Of a DNA stretch of 64,000 nucleotides, positions 1 through 9,199 are shown in pieces. Source of the stretch: a bacterium (GTDB lineage Bacteria > SAR324 > NAC60-12). Position 1 is the first letter of the stretch, and each line of letters starts with the position of its first letter. Both the position numbers and the translations under genes were made by a program. The stretch is from contig CBDDTI010000745.1 of assembly GCA_965233585.1 (NCBI GenBank), positions 192,001 through 256,000 of the forward strand, written 5' to 3'. Below the pieces are notes generated by a model. That model worked only from the letters and a program-made list of their open reading frames with translations, searched no databases and had not been told where the DNA came from.

Positions 1-64
1 AAGCCCTAGATAAATGACCGTTCTCTTTTCGTTAAGAGACAGAATCCGGCTTATTGAAGGCTTC
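1..64 (+). ncRNA. rnpB: RNase P RNA, 3' end (truncated by window start)
   Basis: CCTAGATAAATGACCGT...ACAGAATCCGGCTTAT matches the conserved 3' motifs of bacterial type A RNase P RNA (TAGA-AAATGAC...ACAGAAYCCGGCTTA); exact 3' end approximate. Confidence 0.85.
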
Positions 65-87
65 AAGATTTTTAGCGTGTTTAAAAC

Positions 88-438
88 ATGAACCCTATGC
101 TTAGAGATGACGGTATGACGCTTCAAAAATTATTGGTTGAAGGAAAGTTTTATGACATCACCCCATACCAAAGGAAAGATGCCAGTCTTTCAATGGAAGA
201 GACGTTCCCATTTTCTGGGGTATTGCGTCAACATTACAACCCTGCCATGCTGTTTCTACTGGTTGACCCCCTAGAAAAACATGGTCAAATTTATGAGTTC
301 AACATTGCTGACATTGTGAGAGCTGAAGAACTCCCCAGTCTCACAGCACCTGAAGGAGTGACGCTGGAAAGAGTTAAAATTTTTGTAAAATCTGGCAGTT
401 TTGCCATGCGTCTGCAACCGTTTATTGTGAAAAAATGA
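88..438 (+). CDS. conserved hypothetical protein
   Basis: 116-aa ORF; FSG..R.H....LLVDP....YEF...DI..AEELP....G......I.VK pattern recalls a small deltaproteobacterial/spirochaete family; function not assignable. Confidence 0.6.
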   Translation: MNPMLRDDGMTLQKLLVEGKFYDITPYQRKDASLSMEETFPFSGVLRQHYNPAMLFLLVDPLEKHGQIYEFNIADIVRAEELPSLTAPEGVTLERVKIFVKSGSFAMRLQPFIVKK

Positions 439-447
439 GACAAATAC

Positions 448-476
448 TTGACATCATCTGCTCAGTTTAGTAGAAT
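448..476 (+). promoter_or_regulatory. sigma70-type promoter upstream of rho
   Basis: TTGACA(448-453)-17 bp-TAGAAT(471-476). Confidence 0.6.
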
Positions 477-623
477 CTCTGTCTTCTTTTTCGCTTCCGT
501 TTCAATCGCTCTATTTAGAAGATTAATCTTTCTGAAACTCTCGTTTGTTCCTTATCATCAAGTTGTTCCAAACTGGACATCCTCGCTAAAACTCTCAAAA
601 ACTGACTATTTCAGTATCCCTGT

Positions 624-1922
624 ATGAAAAACCAATCATCACGCACGTCAAATCAATCCTCCGATGGCTTTATCCTGAACCTTGTTGAGCTAAAACGCAA
701 AGACATTGCAGAATTGATCCAAATTGCCAAAAATTATGACATAGAAAATGTCAGCAGTATGCGACGGCAAGACATCATTTTTTCGCTACTGCAAACACAG
801 ACTAAAAATAACGGGGCTATTTATGGGGAAGGTGTCTTAGAAACCTTACCTGATGGCTTTGGTTTTTTAAGGGCGCCTGATTACAATTACTTACCGGGTC
901 CTGATGATGTGTATGTCTCACCTTCCCAAATTCGCAGGTTTAACATGCGAACGGGCGATACCATCTCTGGTCAAATTCGCCAGCCCAAAGACGGCGAACG
1001 TTATTACGCCTTGCTTAAAGTTGAAAAGCTCAACCAACAGCAACCGGAACTTGCAAAAGACAAAATCTTTTTTGACAACTTGACCCCACTCTATCCCGAG
1101 CATTTTCTTAAATTGGAAAGGGACCCCAAAGATTTAACATCACGCATCATTGACTTGGTCGCTCCCATTGGCAAAGGGCAACGTGGGTTGATTGTTGCCC
1201 CACCACGCACAGGTAAAACCATTATCTTACAAACCATTGCAAACAGTATCACACAAAATCACCCTGAAGTTGATTTACTCGTTTTACTCATTGATGAAAG
1301 ACCAGAAGAGGTCACAGACATGCAACGTTCTGTCAGAGGGGAAGTGATTAGCTCCACTTTTGATGAACCCCCAACACGACACGTGCAAGTTGCAGATATG
1401 GTCCTTGAGAAAGCAAAACGCATGGTAGAACAAAGGCGTGATGTGGTGATTCTGCTGGATTCTATCACAAGACTAGCGAGGGCTCATAATGCTGTTGTGC
1501 CTTCCAGTGGTAAAATTCTTTCCGGAGGTGTTGATGCCAATGCGCTACAAAAGCCCAAACGTTTTTTTGGTGCGGCTAGGAACATAGAAGAAGGAGGGTC
1601 TTTAACCATCATTGCCACTGCCTTAATTGAAACAGGTAGCCGAATGGACGAAGTCATCTTTGAGGAATTTAAAGGAACAGGCAATATGGAGCTTGTCTTA
1701 GACCGTAAACTCGTAGAAAAAAGAACGTTCCCTGCCATTGACATTAATAAATCTGGGACGCGTAAAGAAGAGCTATTGATTGCTAAGCCAAGCCTTGATA
1801 GAATCTGGGTTTTGCGCAAGGTTTTATCCCAATTCAATCCAGTAGAAGCCATGGAATTTACCATTGACAAACTGGCTAGATTCAAATCCAATGAACTCTT
1901 CCTAGAAATGATGGATAAGTAG
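624..1922 (+). CDS. rho: transcription termination factor Rho
   Basis: DGFGFLR RNA-binding motif, [18 protein letters not shown]-loop, [21 protein letters not shown]. Confidence 0.98.
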   Translation: MKNQSSRTSNQSSDGFILNLVELKRKDIAELIQIAKNYDIENVSSMRRQDIIFSLLQTQTKNNGAIYGEGVLETLPDGFGFLRAPDYNYLPGPDDVYVSPSQIRRFNMRTGDTISGQIRQPKDGERYYALLKVEKLNQQQPELAKDKIFFDNLTPLYPEHFLKLERDPKDLTSRIIDLVAPIGKGQRGLIVAPPRTGKTIILQTIANSITQNHPEVDLLVLLIDERPEEVTDMQRSVRGEVISSTFDEPPTRHVQVADMVLEKAKRMVEQRRDVVILLDSITRLARAHNAVVPSSGKILSGGVDANALQKPKRFFGAARNIEEGGSLTIIATALIETGSRMDEVIFEEFKGTGNMELVLDRKLVEKRTFPAIDINKSGTRKEELLIAKPSLDRIWVLRKVLSQFNPVEAMEFTIDKLARFKSNELFLEMMDK

Positions 1923-1957
1923 ATTTTCTCAATTTGAAGTACAGCAAGGAAACATCA

Positions 1958-3280
1958 ATGAAATTACATTTCATCAGCCAAGCCTCTACCATTGTTGAAA
2001 CTGCAGATTGTGTGATTTGGACTGATCCATGGCTTTTTGATAAAGCATTTAATGACTCTTGGGAATTGTTTCCTAAACCCAGATTTGATGAAAGTTGGTA
2101 TGACAAGATCACTCATCTTTGGATCTCTCACGAACATCCAGATCACTTCCATTTGCCTACTTTAAAATCCTTACCAACCGATTTTAAGCAAAAAGTAGTT
2201 CTGCTATTCCAAGATAATCACTGTGACAAAATGCCTAACTCTTTTCAAAAATTAGGATTTTGCCAAATCAATTTATTAAAAAATAGAAAAATCACCAACC
2301 TCACTGCTACAACAAAAGTTCATAATTGTCAGATTGGGCAAATGGACTCGTCTTTAGCGATTATCACGCCTAATTATACCTTGTTAAATTTGAATGATTG
2401 TGAAGTGAACACAAAAGACTGCAAGAATTATGTCAAGGATTTAGGAAAAATTGATATTGTGCTCAATCAATTTTCTATGGCTGGTTATAATGGCAATTTA
2501 AATTATCAAGAACAACTTCAAAAAGATGCTGATAAAATTCTGCAAAACATGCTTGAAAATCATCGTGATTTGAAGGCATCTACTACTATTCCCTTTGCAA
2601 GTAACATTTATTTTTGCTGTGAAGATAATAAATTCATTAATGACTTTTCTAATACTCCTCAAAAAGTATTTAATAAGTTTCAGATAAAAAACTTGGATTG
2701 TAAAGTAATGTATCCCGGTGAAAGTATTGATGTTGCTAGCATGAGTTCCCATGATTCTTTAATGTCTATGGACAAGTTTGACGAATTATATGCGACAAAG
2801 GATTCCATAGTTTACAATGTTTCAGAACAAATACCGCTTAAAACTATTGAAAAATCTTTTTTAGAAAGAAGAACACAATTAAAAAAATACTTTCCTACTC
2901 TGATAATTAACAAACTTGGAAGACTGAATATTTACATACCAGATTTACAAAAAAACGTTCAGCTCTCAATAGCCCAAGGAATTTTTCAAGAAACCAAATT
3001 AGATCAACAAAATTTTGATTTACAAATCCATTCTCAACCACTAGAATTTGCATTCCGTTTCAAGTGGGGTATTCAGACTTTAGGGGTTTCTGCAAGATAT
3101 TTTATCAAAAACAATCATTCTACTTGGAGATGGTATCGCATTGTTTCATCTATGAATAATGCAGAGTTTTATCTAAAACTGAAGCATTTAATTTGCAAAA
3201 AAAACATGTATTTGTTGACAAGCAGGGCATCAGCAATTTTGAATCAATTACTTTATCAATTATCTAGGATGAAGGATTAA
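1958..3280 (+). CDS. metallo-beta-lactamase-fold protein (UlaG/CMP-Neu5Ac-hydroxylase-like N-terminus)
   Basis: DPWL and SHEHPDH metal motifs, D-S and NLNDC motifs; ATG at 1958 preferred over TTG at 1934; visibly more AT-rich than flanks. Confidence 0.75.
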   Translation: MKLHFISQASTIVETADCVIWTDPWLFDKAFNDSWELFPKPRFDESWYDKITHLWISHEHPDHFHLPTLKSLPTDFKQKVVLLFQDNHCDKMPNSFQKLGFCQINLLKNRKITNLTATTKVHNCQIGQMDSSLAIITPNYTLLNLNDCEVNTKDCKNYVKDLGKIDIVLNQFSMAGYNGNLNYQEQLQKDADKILQNMLENHRDLKASTTIPFASNIYFCCEDNKFINDFSNTPQKVFNKFQIKNLDCKVMYPGESIDVASMSSHDSLMSMDKFDELYATKDSIVYNVSEQIPLKTIEKSFLERRTQLKKYFPTLIINKLGRLNIYIPDLQKNVQLSIAQGIFQETKLDQQNFDLQIHSQPLEFAFRFKWGIQTLGVSARYFIKNNHSTWRWYRIVSSMNNAEFYLKLKHLICKKNMYLLTSRASAILNQLLYQLSRMKD

Positions 3281-3441
3281 GTTGATGGGTTTAAGTACCT
3301 TCATCAAATATCTCTCAATTTGTGTATAATGAAGAGCTTCTTAAGTTGGAGCTGTCGGACCCAATTTTGACGCTTTAGAAAGAGAGTTTTCATTCTTTCA
3401 TCTAACTTTTACTTTGAACTGATATTTAAACAAGAGACATC

Positions 3442-3651
3442 ATGAAAAAAGACATTCACCCCAAGTACGAAGCGACAACTTTTCGTTGTTCATGTGGTCA
3501 TCAGCTAGAAACTTTTTCTAGTATTGGTGGAGAAAAACACCTTGAAATTTGCTCACAATGCCACCCGTTTTTTAAAGGGGACGGCAAAGCAAAGCTCGTA
3601 GATACAGCAGGACGCATTGAAAAATTTAATAGACGTTACAGACGTTCGTAA
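3442..3651 (+). CDS. rpmE: 50S ribosomal protein L31 (Zn-binding type)
   Basis: [12 protein letters not shown] and [17 protein letters not shown]. Confidence 0.97.
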   Translation: MKKDIHPKYEATTFRCSCGHQLETFSSIGGEKHLEICSQCHPFFKGDGKAKLVDTAGRIEKFNRRYRRS

Positions 3652-3677
3652 ACCCACTTCAGACGCACTGCGTTTTT

Positions 3678-4754
3678 ATGTTGGAACAGCTTAAAGACAT
3701 TAAAAAGCGGTATCAAGACATCACCGAACAGATTTCTTTACCTGAAGTCATTTCTGATAACGCTTTGTTTCAAAAACTGACCAAAGAACATAGTAAGTTG
3801 TCAGAATTGATTGAAATTTACGATAGCTATTGTGCCATCAATGCCAATGTTCAATCCAATACACAACTTGCAAATGATCCCAATGAAGACCCAGAGTTGA
3901 GGGACATTGCAAGTGAAGAAATAGAATCAGATAAGAAACAACTTGAGCAGTTAGAGCAAAAAATCAGGATACTACTTTTGCCTGAAGACCCAAATGATAC
4001 ACGGGATATTATTTTGGAAATCAGAGCTGGCACAGGTGGAGATGAAGCTGCTTTATTTGCACGTGACATCTTTCGTATGTATCTCAAATATGCGGAATCT
4101 CATCGCTGGAAGATAGAAATTCTTTCTGAAGCACAGAATGACATAGGTGGCTTTAAAGAAGTCGTGATGGCAATTCATGGAACAGCAGTTTATAGTTATC
4201 TTAAATTTGAGGGAGGGGTGCATCGTGTGCAACGTGTTCCCAAAACAGAGACACAAGGTCGGGTTCATACCTCTGCGGTCACCGTGGCAGTCATGCCTGA
4301 AGCCAAAGATGTAGAAGTGGAAATCAGCCCTAATGATTTACGTGTAGACGTTTTCCGTTCATCAGGTCCTGGTGGACAATCTGTGAATACGACCGATTCA
4401 GCAGTCCGTATTACTCACCTTCCTACTGGCATAGTGGTCTCTTGCCAAAATGAAAAATCCCAAATCAAAAATAAGGCTCAAGCCATGAAAGTTTTGCGTG
4501 CAAGGCTTTATGAACAAGAGCTGATATTACAACAGGCAGAACTTTCTCAAAAACGTAAAAGTATGGTTGGTAGTGGAGACCGAAGCGAAAGAATCCGTAC
4601 ATATAACTTTCCTCAAGGCAGAGTGACTGACCATCGTATCAACCTGACCCTCTATCAGCTTGAACAGATTTTATTGGGACAAGTTGACCCACTAATTGAA
4701 GCACTCCGCACAGACCATCAAGCCAAGTTGCTAAAAGAAGGCTTGAACTCTTAA
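3678..4754 (+). CDS. prfA: peptide chain release factor 1
   Basis: EIRAGTGGDEA, PKT anticodon motif, GGQ motif, RIRTYNFPQGRVTDHR. Confidence 0.97.
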   Translation: MLEQLKDIKKRYQDITEQISLPEVISDNALFQKLTKEHSKLSELIEIYDSYCAINANVQSNTQLANDPNEDPELRDIASEEIESDKKQLEQLEQKIRILLLPEDPNDTRDIILEIRAGTGGDEAALFARDIFRMYLKYAESHRWKIEILSEAQNDIGGFKEVVMAIHGTAVYSYLKFEGGVHRVQRVPKTETQGRVHTSAVTVAVMPEAKDVEVEISPNDLRVDVFRSSGPGGQSVNTTDSAVRITHLPTGIVVSCQNEKSQIKNKAQAMKVLRARLYEQELILQQAELSQKRKSMVGSGDRSERIRTYNFPQGRVTDHRINLTLYQLEQILLGQVDPLIEALRTDHQAKLLKEGLNS

Positions 4755-6247
4755 TGTCAACCTTGCTATGCAACTTAGTTGAGAATAACATTTTAGATGC
4801 AGAGACCTTAGCAGACAGTGTTGCTCGTTTTCCCGGTCTTCACATCTTCCAACGCCTACATCAACTTTCTCTCAATCAGGAACCACTTGAAAGGCAAATC
4901 TTGGCAACCATAGCCAATCGTTATGGGATTTTGGGCAAATTTGACCAACTCCAACATTTGCAACCCATTCCAAACTACTCTCTTCTCAAAAAATCCTTTA
5001 GTCAGTACAAAATCATTTTATTGCAATCTCATCAGCAACATCAGGCAATTATTTCATTAGAATCTGAATTTGATGCCCTTGAGTTGTTAGAGTTTCAAAC
5101 ATCGCAACCGCTTCTATGTATCTGGGTGACGTGTTTGGAATTGAGAAAACTTTGGGAAACCTGTGAAAATTGGGAGAATTACTCGCAAGTCCAAAGCACG
5201 CATCATGGAGAAATTGGAAATTTTGAAGCCATTTTAGAGTCTGCAATCACCCAGAATTGTTCCGATATTCATTTTGAAGCAGGGATTGGTGATGAGTTTT
5301 ATGCCCGCTTTAGAGTAGATGGAAAACTCTATGATGCCATGCGATTTTCTACTTTTGAAAGTGTCAGAATTATTTCTCGTGTGAAAATTCTTGCAGGAAT
5401 GGACATTGCCATCAAACGACGCCCCCAAGATGGACATTACACTTATGAATCAATGTCAGGACGTTTTTTTGATTTAAGAATTTGCTCTATTCCAACAGAA
5501 AAAGGAGAAAAAATAGCGATCAGAATTTTGGACAAAAAACCTGTTCACAGAAATTTACATTCACTAGGATTTCTTAAAGAAGACATTATAACCTTTGAGA
5601 CAGTTTGTCGTCAGCCCAGTGGCATGATTTTGGTCGTTGGTCCTACAGGCAGTGGAAAAACAACAACCTTGTATGCGTTTTTAAATGCCATCAACTCTCG
5701 TGAGAAAAACATCATGACCGTTGAAAACCCTGTGGAGTATCACATTGACGGCATCAACCAAGTCAGCATCCATCACGAAAAAGGATTGAATTTTTCAGAG
5801 GTGCTGAGAGCTTTTTTAAGGCAAGACCCTGATGTCATTTTGGTTGGTGAAATTCGTGATAATGAGACCGCACAAACAGCCGTGAGAGCAGCATTGACTG
5901 GGCATCTGGTTTTATCAACACTGCACTCCAAAAATGCTTTTGCAGCAATCTATCGTTTGCGAAGTCTTGGCATTGAGCTTGACTTACTTGCTGATACATT
6001 ATTGCTAGTCACTTCCCAAAGACTTGTCCCAAGAAATTCTCACCAAAACGATTCAAAAATTTCTAAAGGACGCTTACCAATTTATGAAATTTTACGTCCG
6101 ACCGATTCCTTCAGAGATAAAGTCCGAAACAACCAATTACAACACCTCAGCCCCAACCTAGATGACTCATTAATCAGAACTTTTCAAGAATCCCACCAAA
6201 AGCAATATGATCTTATTGAAAAGATTGACTTGCAACTTGCCATCTAA
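4754..6247 (+). CDS. GspE/PilB-family secretion/pilus ATPase
   Basis: SDIHFE, RFRVDG, PQDG, GPTGSGKTT, LRQDPDVILVGEIRD, LTGHLVLSTLH; TAATG overlap with prfA. Confidence 0.9.
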   Translation: MSTLLCNLVENNILDAETLADSVARFPGLHIFQRLHQLSLNQEPLERQILATIANRYGILGKFDQLQHLQPIPNYSLLKKSFSQYKIILLQSHQQHQAIISLESEFDALELLEFQTSQPLLCIWVTCLELRKLWETCENWENYSQVQSTHHGEIGNFEAILESAITQNCSDIHFEAGIGDEFYARFRVDGKLYDAMRFSTFESVRIISRVKILAGMDIAIKRRPQDGHYTYESMSGRFFDLRICSIPTEKGEKIAIRILDKKPVHRNLHSLGFLKEDIITFETVCRQPSGMILVVGPTGSGKTTTLYAFLNAINSREKNIMTVENPVEYHIDGINQVSIHHEKGLNFSEVLRAFLRQDPDVILVGEIRDNETAQTAVRAALTGHLVLSTLHSKNAFAAIYRLRSLGIELDLLADTLLLVTSQRLVPRNSHQNDSKISKGRLPIYEILRPTDSFRDKVRNNQLQHLSPNLDDSLIRTFQESHQKQYDLIEKIDLQLAI

Positions 6248-6618
6248 GCCAATGTTTTAGATTGACCTCTCTTTTTTGCAACTTGTTTTTTGTTCAAATC
6301 AAGATTTTGGACAAATCAAACATCAATTTAAGATAAGAAATGCGTCAGTCCCTGTCACTATTACTTAGGAGTAAGGCAAATCAAACTTTAAATTAAAAAG
6401 TTTTTTTAGACAATAAAACTTGGCAAAATCTGCAATAAATTTTACTTTAAAATATAAAATTCAATAAAAATTTATCTCATCGTTTCTTACTAAACCACTA
6501 TCAAAATATCAGATTATCTAGCTGATTTATATGAATTATTTTTTATTAATATACAATAAAAGACCTTGATCGCTTTAAATTACAAAGTTTGTAAAATAAA
6601 TCTAAATTAAAAAATCTC

Positions 6619-6647
6619 TTGACAAGAAAATAAGCCAAGAGTATCCT
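6619..6647 (+). promoter_or_regulatory. sigma70-type promoter upstream of recombinase-like gene
   Basis: TTGACA(6619-6624)-17 bp-TATCCT(6642-6647) with AT-rich UP region; AAAGGAG RBS before ATG 6762. Confidence 0.55.
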
Positions 6648-6761
6648 TAACATCTTCAAATGATTTATGAAATTACAATTTGTTTGTTAGTGATTTAGAA
6701 ATCTATCATAAAATGATTGTTCTAAATCTCTTTTTTAATCTCTTTAACCAAAGGAGTCATT

Positions 6762-7529
6762 ATGAGCACATATGGTTACGTACGCTTGAATGCTTTACAC
6801 ATTCCAGAGAACTTCACGATTGATGATCAAACTCATGTCATTCGTGACTATGCAAAAAACAACAACTTGGAAGTTGCAAATATCATTTCTGATAGGGAGC
6901 AGACCAGTATTTCGCTAGATATGCCAGGAATGAAAAAACTGGTCAATATGGCAGAAAAAGGTGAAATGGACACTTTAGTTGTCGCAAGACTAGATCGCAT
7001 CACTAGAAGTGTTCGCAAGATGAGTCATTTTATTGAACAATTATGTATCAAACACAATGTTAGGTTAATCTCTATTGCTGAAGAGTTTGACTCCCAAAAG
7101 AAATCTAGCCAAGAAGTTGTGAATATAATTCGCATCATCAGCAAATGGGATGTCAAAATGATCTCAGATCGCACCAAAAAACTCATCAGAGATAAACGTC
7201 AAGTTGGTGAATATGTTGGACATGCCCCGTTTGGTTTCATTTACAAGAGCAAGAAGCTTCTTCCTTATCCTAAGGAAGTTGAAATTGTCAAGGATATTTT
7301 CAGAAAACGGAATATTGAAAGAGCCAGCTATCATAAAATTGCGCGTTTCCTCAATGAAAGGCGAGTGCCTTCCAAACGTGGTAAAAAATGGTATGCTGAG
7401 ACAATCAAAATGATTTACAAAAACCCAATCTATAGTTCAGTGGATTGGAATAGTTTCTCTTCGCAAGACCCCAAATGTATGCAGCAGCTTCTTGACGGAC
7501 TACAAAAATTGCGAGCTGAAAGAGAGTAA
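6762..7529 (+). CDS. serine recombinase-family protein (resolvase fold plus Recombinase DNA-binding domain), catalytic Ser replaced
   Basis: YGYVRLN (canonical YxRVS), VVARLDRITRS, G..PFGF, IARFLN..RVPSKRGKKWY..TI..I.KNPIY. Confidence 0.85.
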   Translation: MSTYGYVRLNALHIPENFTIDDQTHVIRDYAKNNNLEVANIISDREQTSISLDMPGMKKLVNMAEKGEMDTLVVARLDRITRSVRKMSHFIEQLCIKHNVRLISIAEEFDSQKKSSQEVVNIIRIISKWDVKMISDRTKKLIRDKRQVGEYVGHAPFGFIYKSKKLLPYPKEVEIVKDIFRKRNIERASYHKIARFLNERRVPSKRGKKWYAETIKMIYKNPIYSSVDWNSFSSQDPKCMQQLLDGLQKLRAERE

Positions 7530-7541
7530 ATTGCTAAGGTT

Positions 7542-7910
7542 GTGATTCCTGAAACGATCATTCGTTTAGAAAGGCTTGAGCTGTGGTGTATCATTGGGAT
7601 TCATTCCCATGAGAGGCTCCACGTTCAGCCTCTTCAAGTAGATGTGGATGTCACAATCCCCCAAATCCAGACTGGTCGCCTTGCGTCAACTATTGATTAC
7701 ACGCAACTTGCAGACAGCTTTTCTAAAATTGCCAAAGAAGGTCAATTTTATTTGATTGAAGATTTAGCAGAGGCACTCGCCTCACATGCCTTGTCTTATC
7801 ATTTAGCAAAGTCTGTCTCTGTTACTATCAAAAAACCCCGCGCCGTCCCTAATGCTGTTGCTTCTGTTTCAGTCACTAGACATCAACAAATTCCAGATGT
7901 TTCAGATTAG
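7542..7910 (+). CDS. folB: dihydroneopterin aldolase
   Basis: IIGIHSHER..QPL.VDV, TIDY, F.LIE.LAE, V.V.IKKP.A. Confidence 0.9.
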   Translation: MIPETIIRLERLELWCIIGIHSHERLHVQPLQVDVDVTIPQIQTGRLASTIDYTQLADSFSKIAKEGQFYLIEDLAEALASHALSYHLAKSVSVTIKKPRAVPNAVASVSVTRHQQIPDVSD

Positions 7911-7974
7911 TGAAGTCATTTTTTCATCATAAAAATATATTTTAAACAAATCCAAAATAGTTAGGAGAAGTCAA

Positions 7975-9108
7975 ATGAAACAACATCAGGTGGTCTTTTT
8001 AGTTTTTTTCAGTCTATTGATGAGCCAGTTGGCTTGGGCAAAAACCGTTTTGCAAGAAAAAAATTTTATTGTAGAACAAGTAGTTCAAGACTTGTCCTTG
8101 CCTTGGGGCATGGTCTTTCTTAATCAAGACGAAATTTTAATCACTGAGAGAAAGGGTCAGGTCAAACTATTCAACCTTGCCTCCCAAGAGTTAAAAACGA
8201 TTTCAGGTTTACCTGAAGTCCATTTTTCTAGTCAAGGCGGATTAATGGATATTGCCTTGCCCCCAAAATCCAGTGCTAAAGACTCTTGGATTTATTTGAC
8301 CTATTCAAAAAATCAACAAGGTGAGGGAGCGACAACCCTTGCTCGTGCAAAATTAGCTGGTACTCGTTTGGTTTCATGGCAAGATTTACTTGTCACTGTT
8401 TCTGCAACAGACACGGGCAGACACTTCGGTTCTCGCATCACATTTGACGGCAATGGGTATCTTTTTTTCAGTGTTGGAGATCGTGGAGTGCGTGAAACTG
8501 GACAAGATTTATCTACACATGCAGGTGCGATTATCCGCTTAAAACTAGATGGTAGCCTCCCCCAAGACAACCCTTTCGTAGCAAGACAGAATGCTTTACC
8601 TGAAATTTGGAGCTATGGACATCGCAACCCTCAAGGACTGTTTTACCATCATCAAACACAAAAACTTTGGTCTATTGAGCATGGTCCACGGGGAGGAGAT
8701 GAAATTAACCTTGTTCAAAAAGGACTCAACTATGGCTGGCCAACTATTTCCTATGGTAAAGAGTATTGGGGTCCATTTCAAGTTGGAGAAGGCACTCACA
8801 AAGAAGGCATGGAGCAACCTGTCAAGTTTTACACTCCATCTATTGCGCCATCAAGTTTGCTGGTCTATTCTGGTCGTGCTTTTCCTGAATGGGAAGGGCA
8901 TCTGTTTTCAGGAGCATTGAAAATTCGGCATCTCAATCGTGTTGAGCTAGACCAAAACAATCAACCCATTCGTGAAGAAAGACTTTTAGAATCGCTTAAA
9001 GCAAGAATCCGCTTTGTGACCGAAAGCACAGAAGGTTGGATTTATTTACTGACTGATAGTGGTTTAATGTTAAGAATCAAACCCACGCGTTCTGCTTCAA
9101 CGTATTGA
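7975..9108 (+). CDS. PQQ-dependent soluble aldose sugar dehydrogenase (YliI/GdhB family)
   Basis: signal peptide, PWGMVFL, QGGLMDI, HFGSRI, SYGHRNPQG, EHGPRGGDEIN, NYGWP. Confidence 0.9.
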   Translation: MKQHQVVFLVFFSLLMSQLAWAKTVLQEKNFIVEQVVQDLSLPWGMVFLNQDEILITERKGQVKLFNLASQELKTISGLPEVHFSSQGGLMDIALPPKSSAKDSWIYLTYSKNQQGEGATTLARAKLAGTRLVSWQDLLVTVSATDTGRHFGSRITFDGNGYLFFSVGDRGVRETGQDLSTHAGAIIRLKLDGSLPQDNPFVARQNALPEIWSYGHRNPQGLFYHHQTQKLWSIEHGPRGGDEINLVQKGLNYGWPTISYGKEYWGPFQVGEGTHKEGMEQPVKFYTPSIAPSSLLVYSGRAFPEWEGHLFSGALKIRHLNRVELDQNNQPIREERLLESLKARIRFVTESTEGWIYLLTDSGLMLRIKPTRSASTY

Positions 9109-9199
9109 AAGACTTCAAAAAGTGAGTAAACAAAGCTCACCTCCATTGTCATTGGGAATGAGACTTGAAAAAGTGAATGAGCTTTTGAAAGGGCAAGGT

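Noticed and set aside
6248..7529. Prophage or integrative element around the recombinase
   Set aside because: Flanks are housekeeping genes, no att repeats or phage genes were seen, and the catalytic Ser is missing
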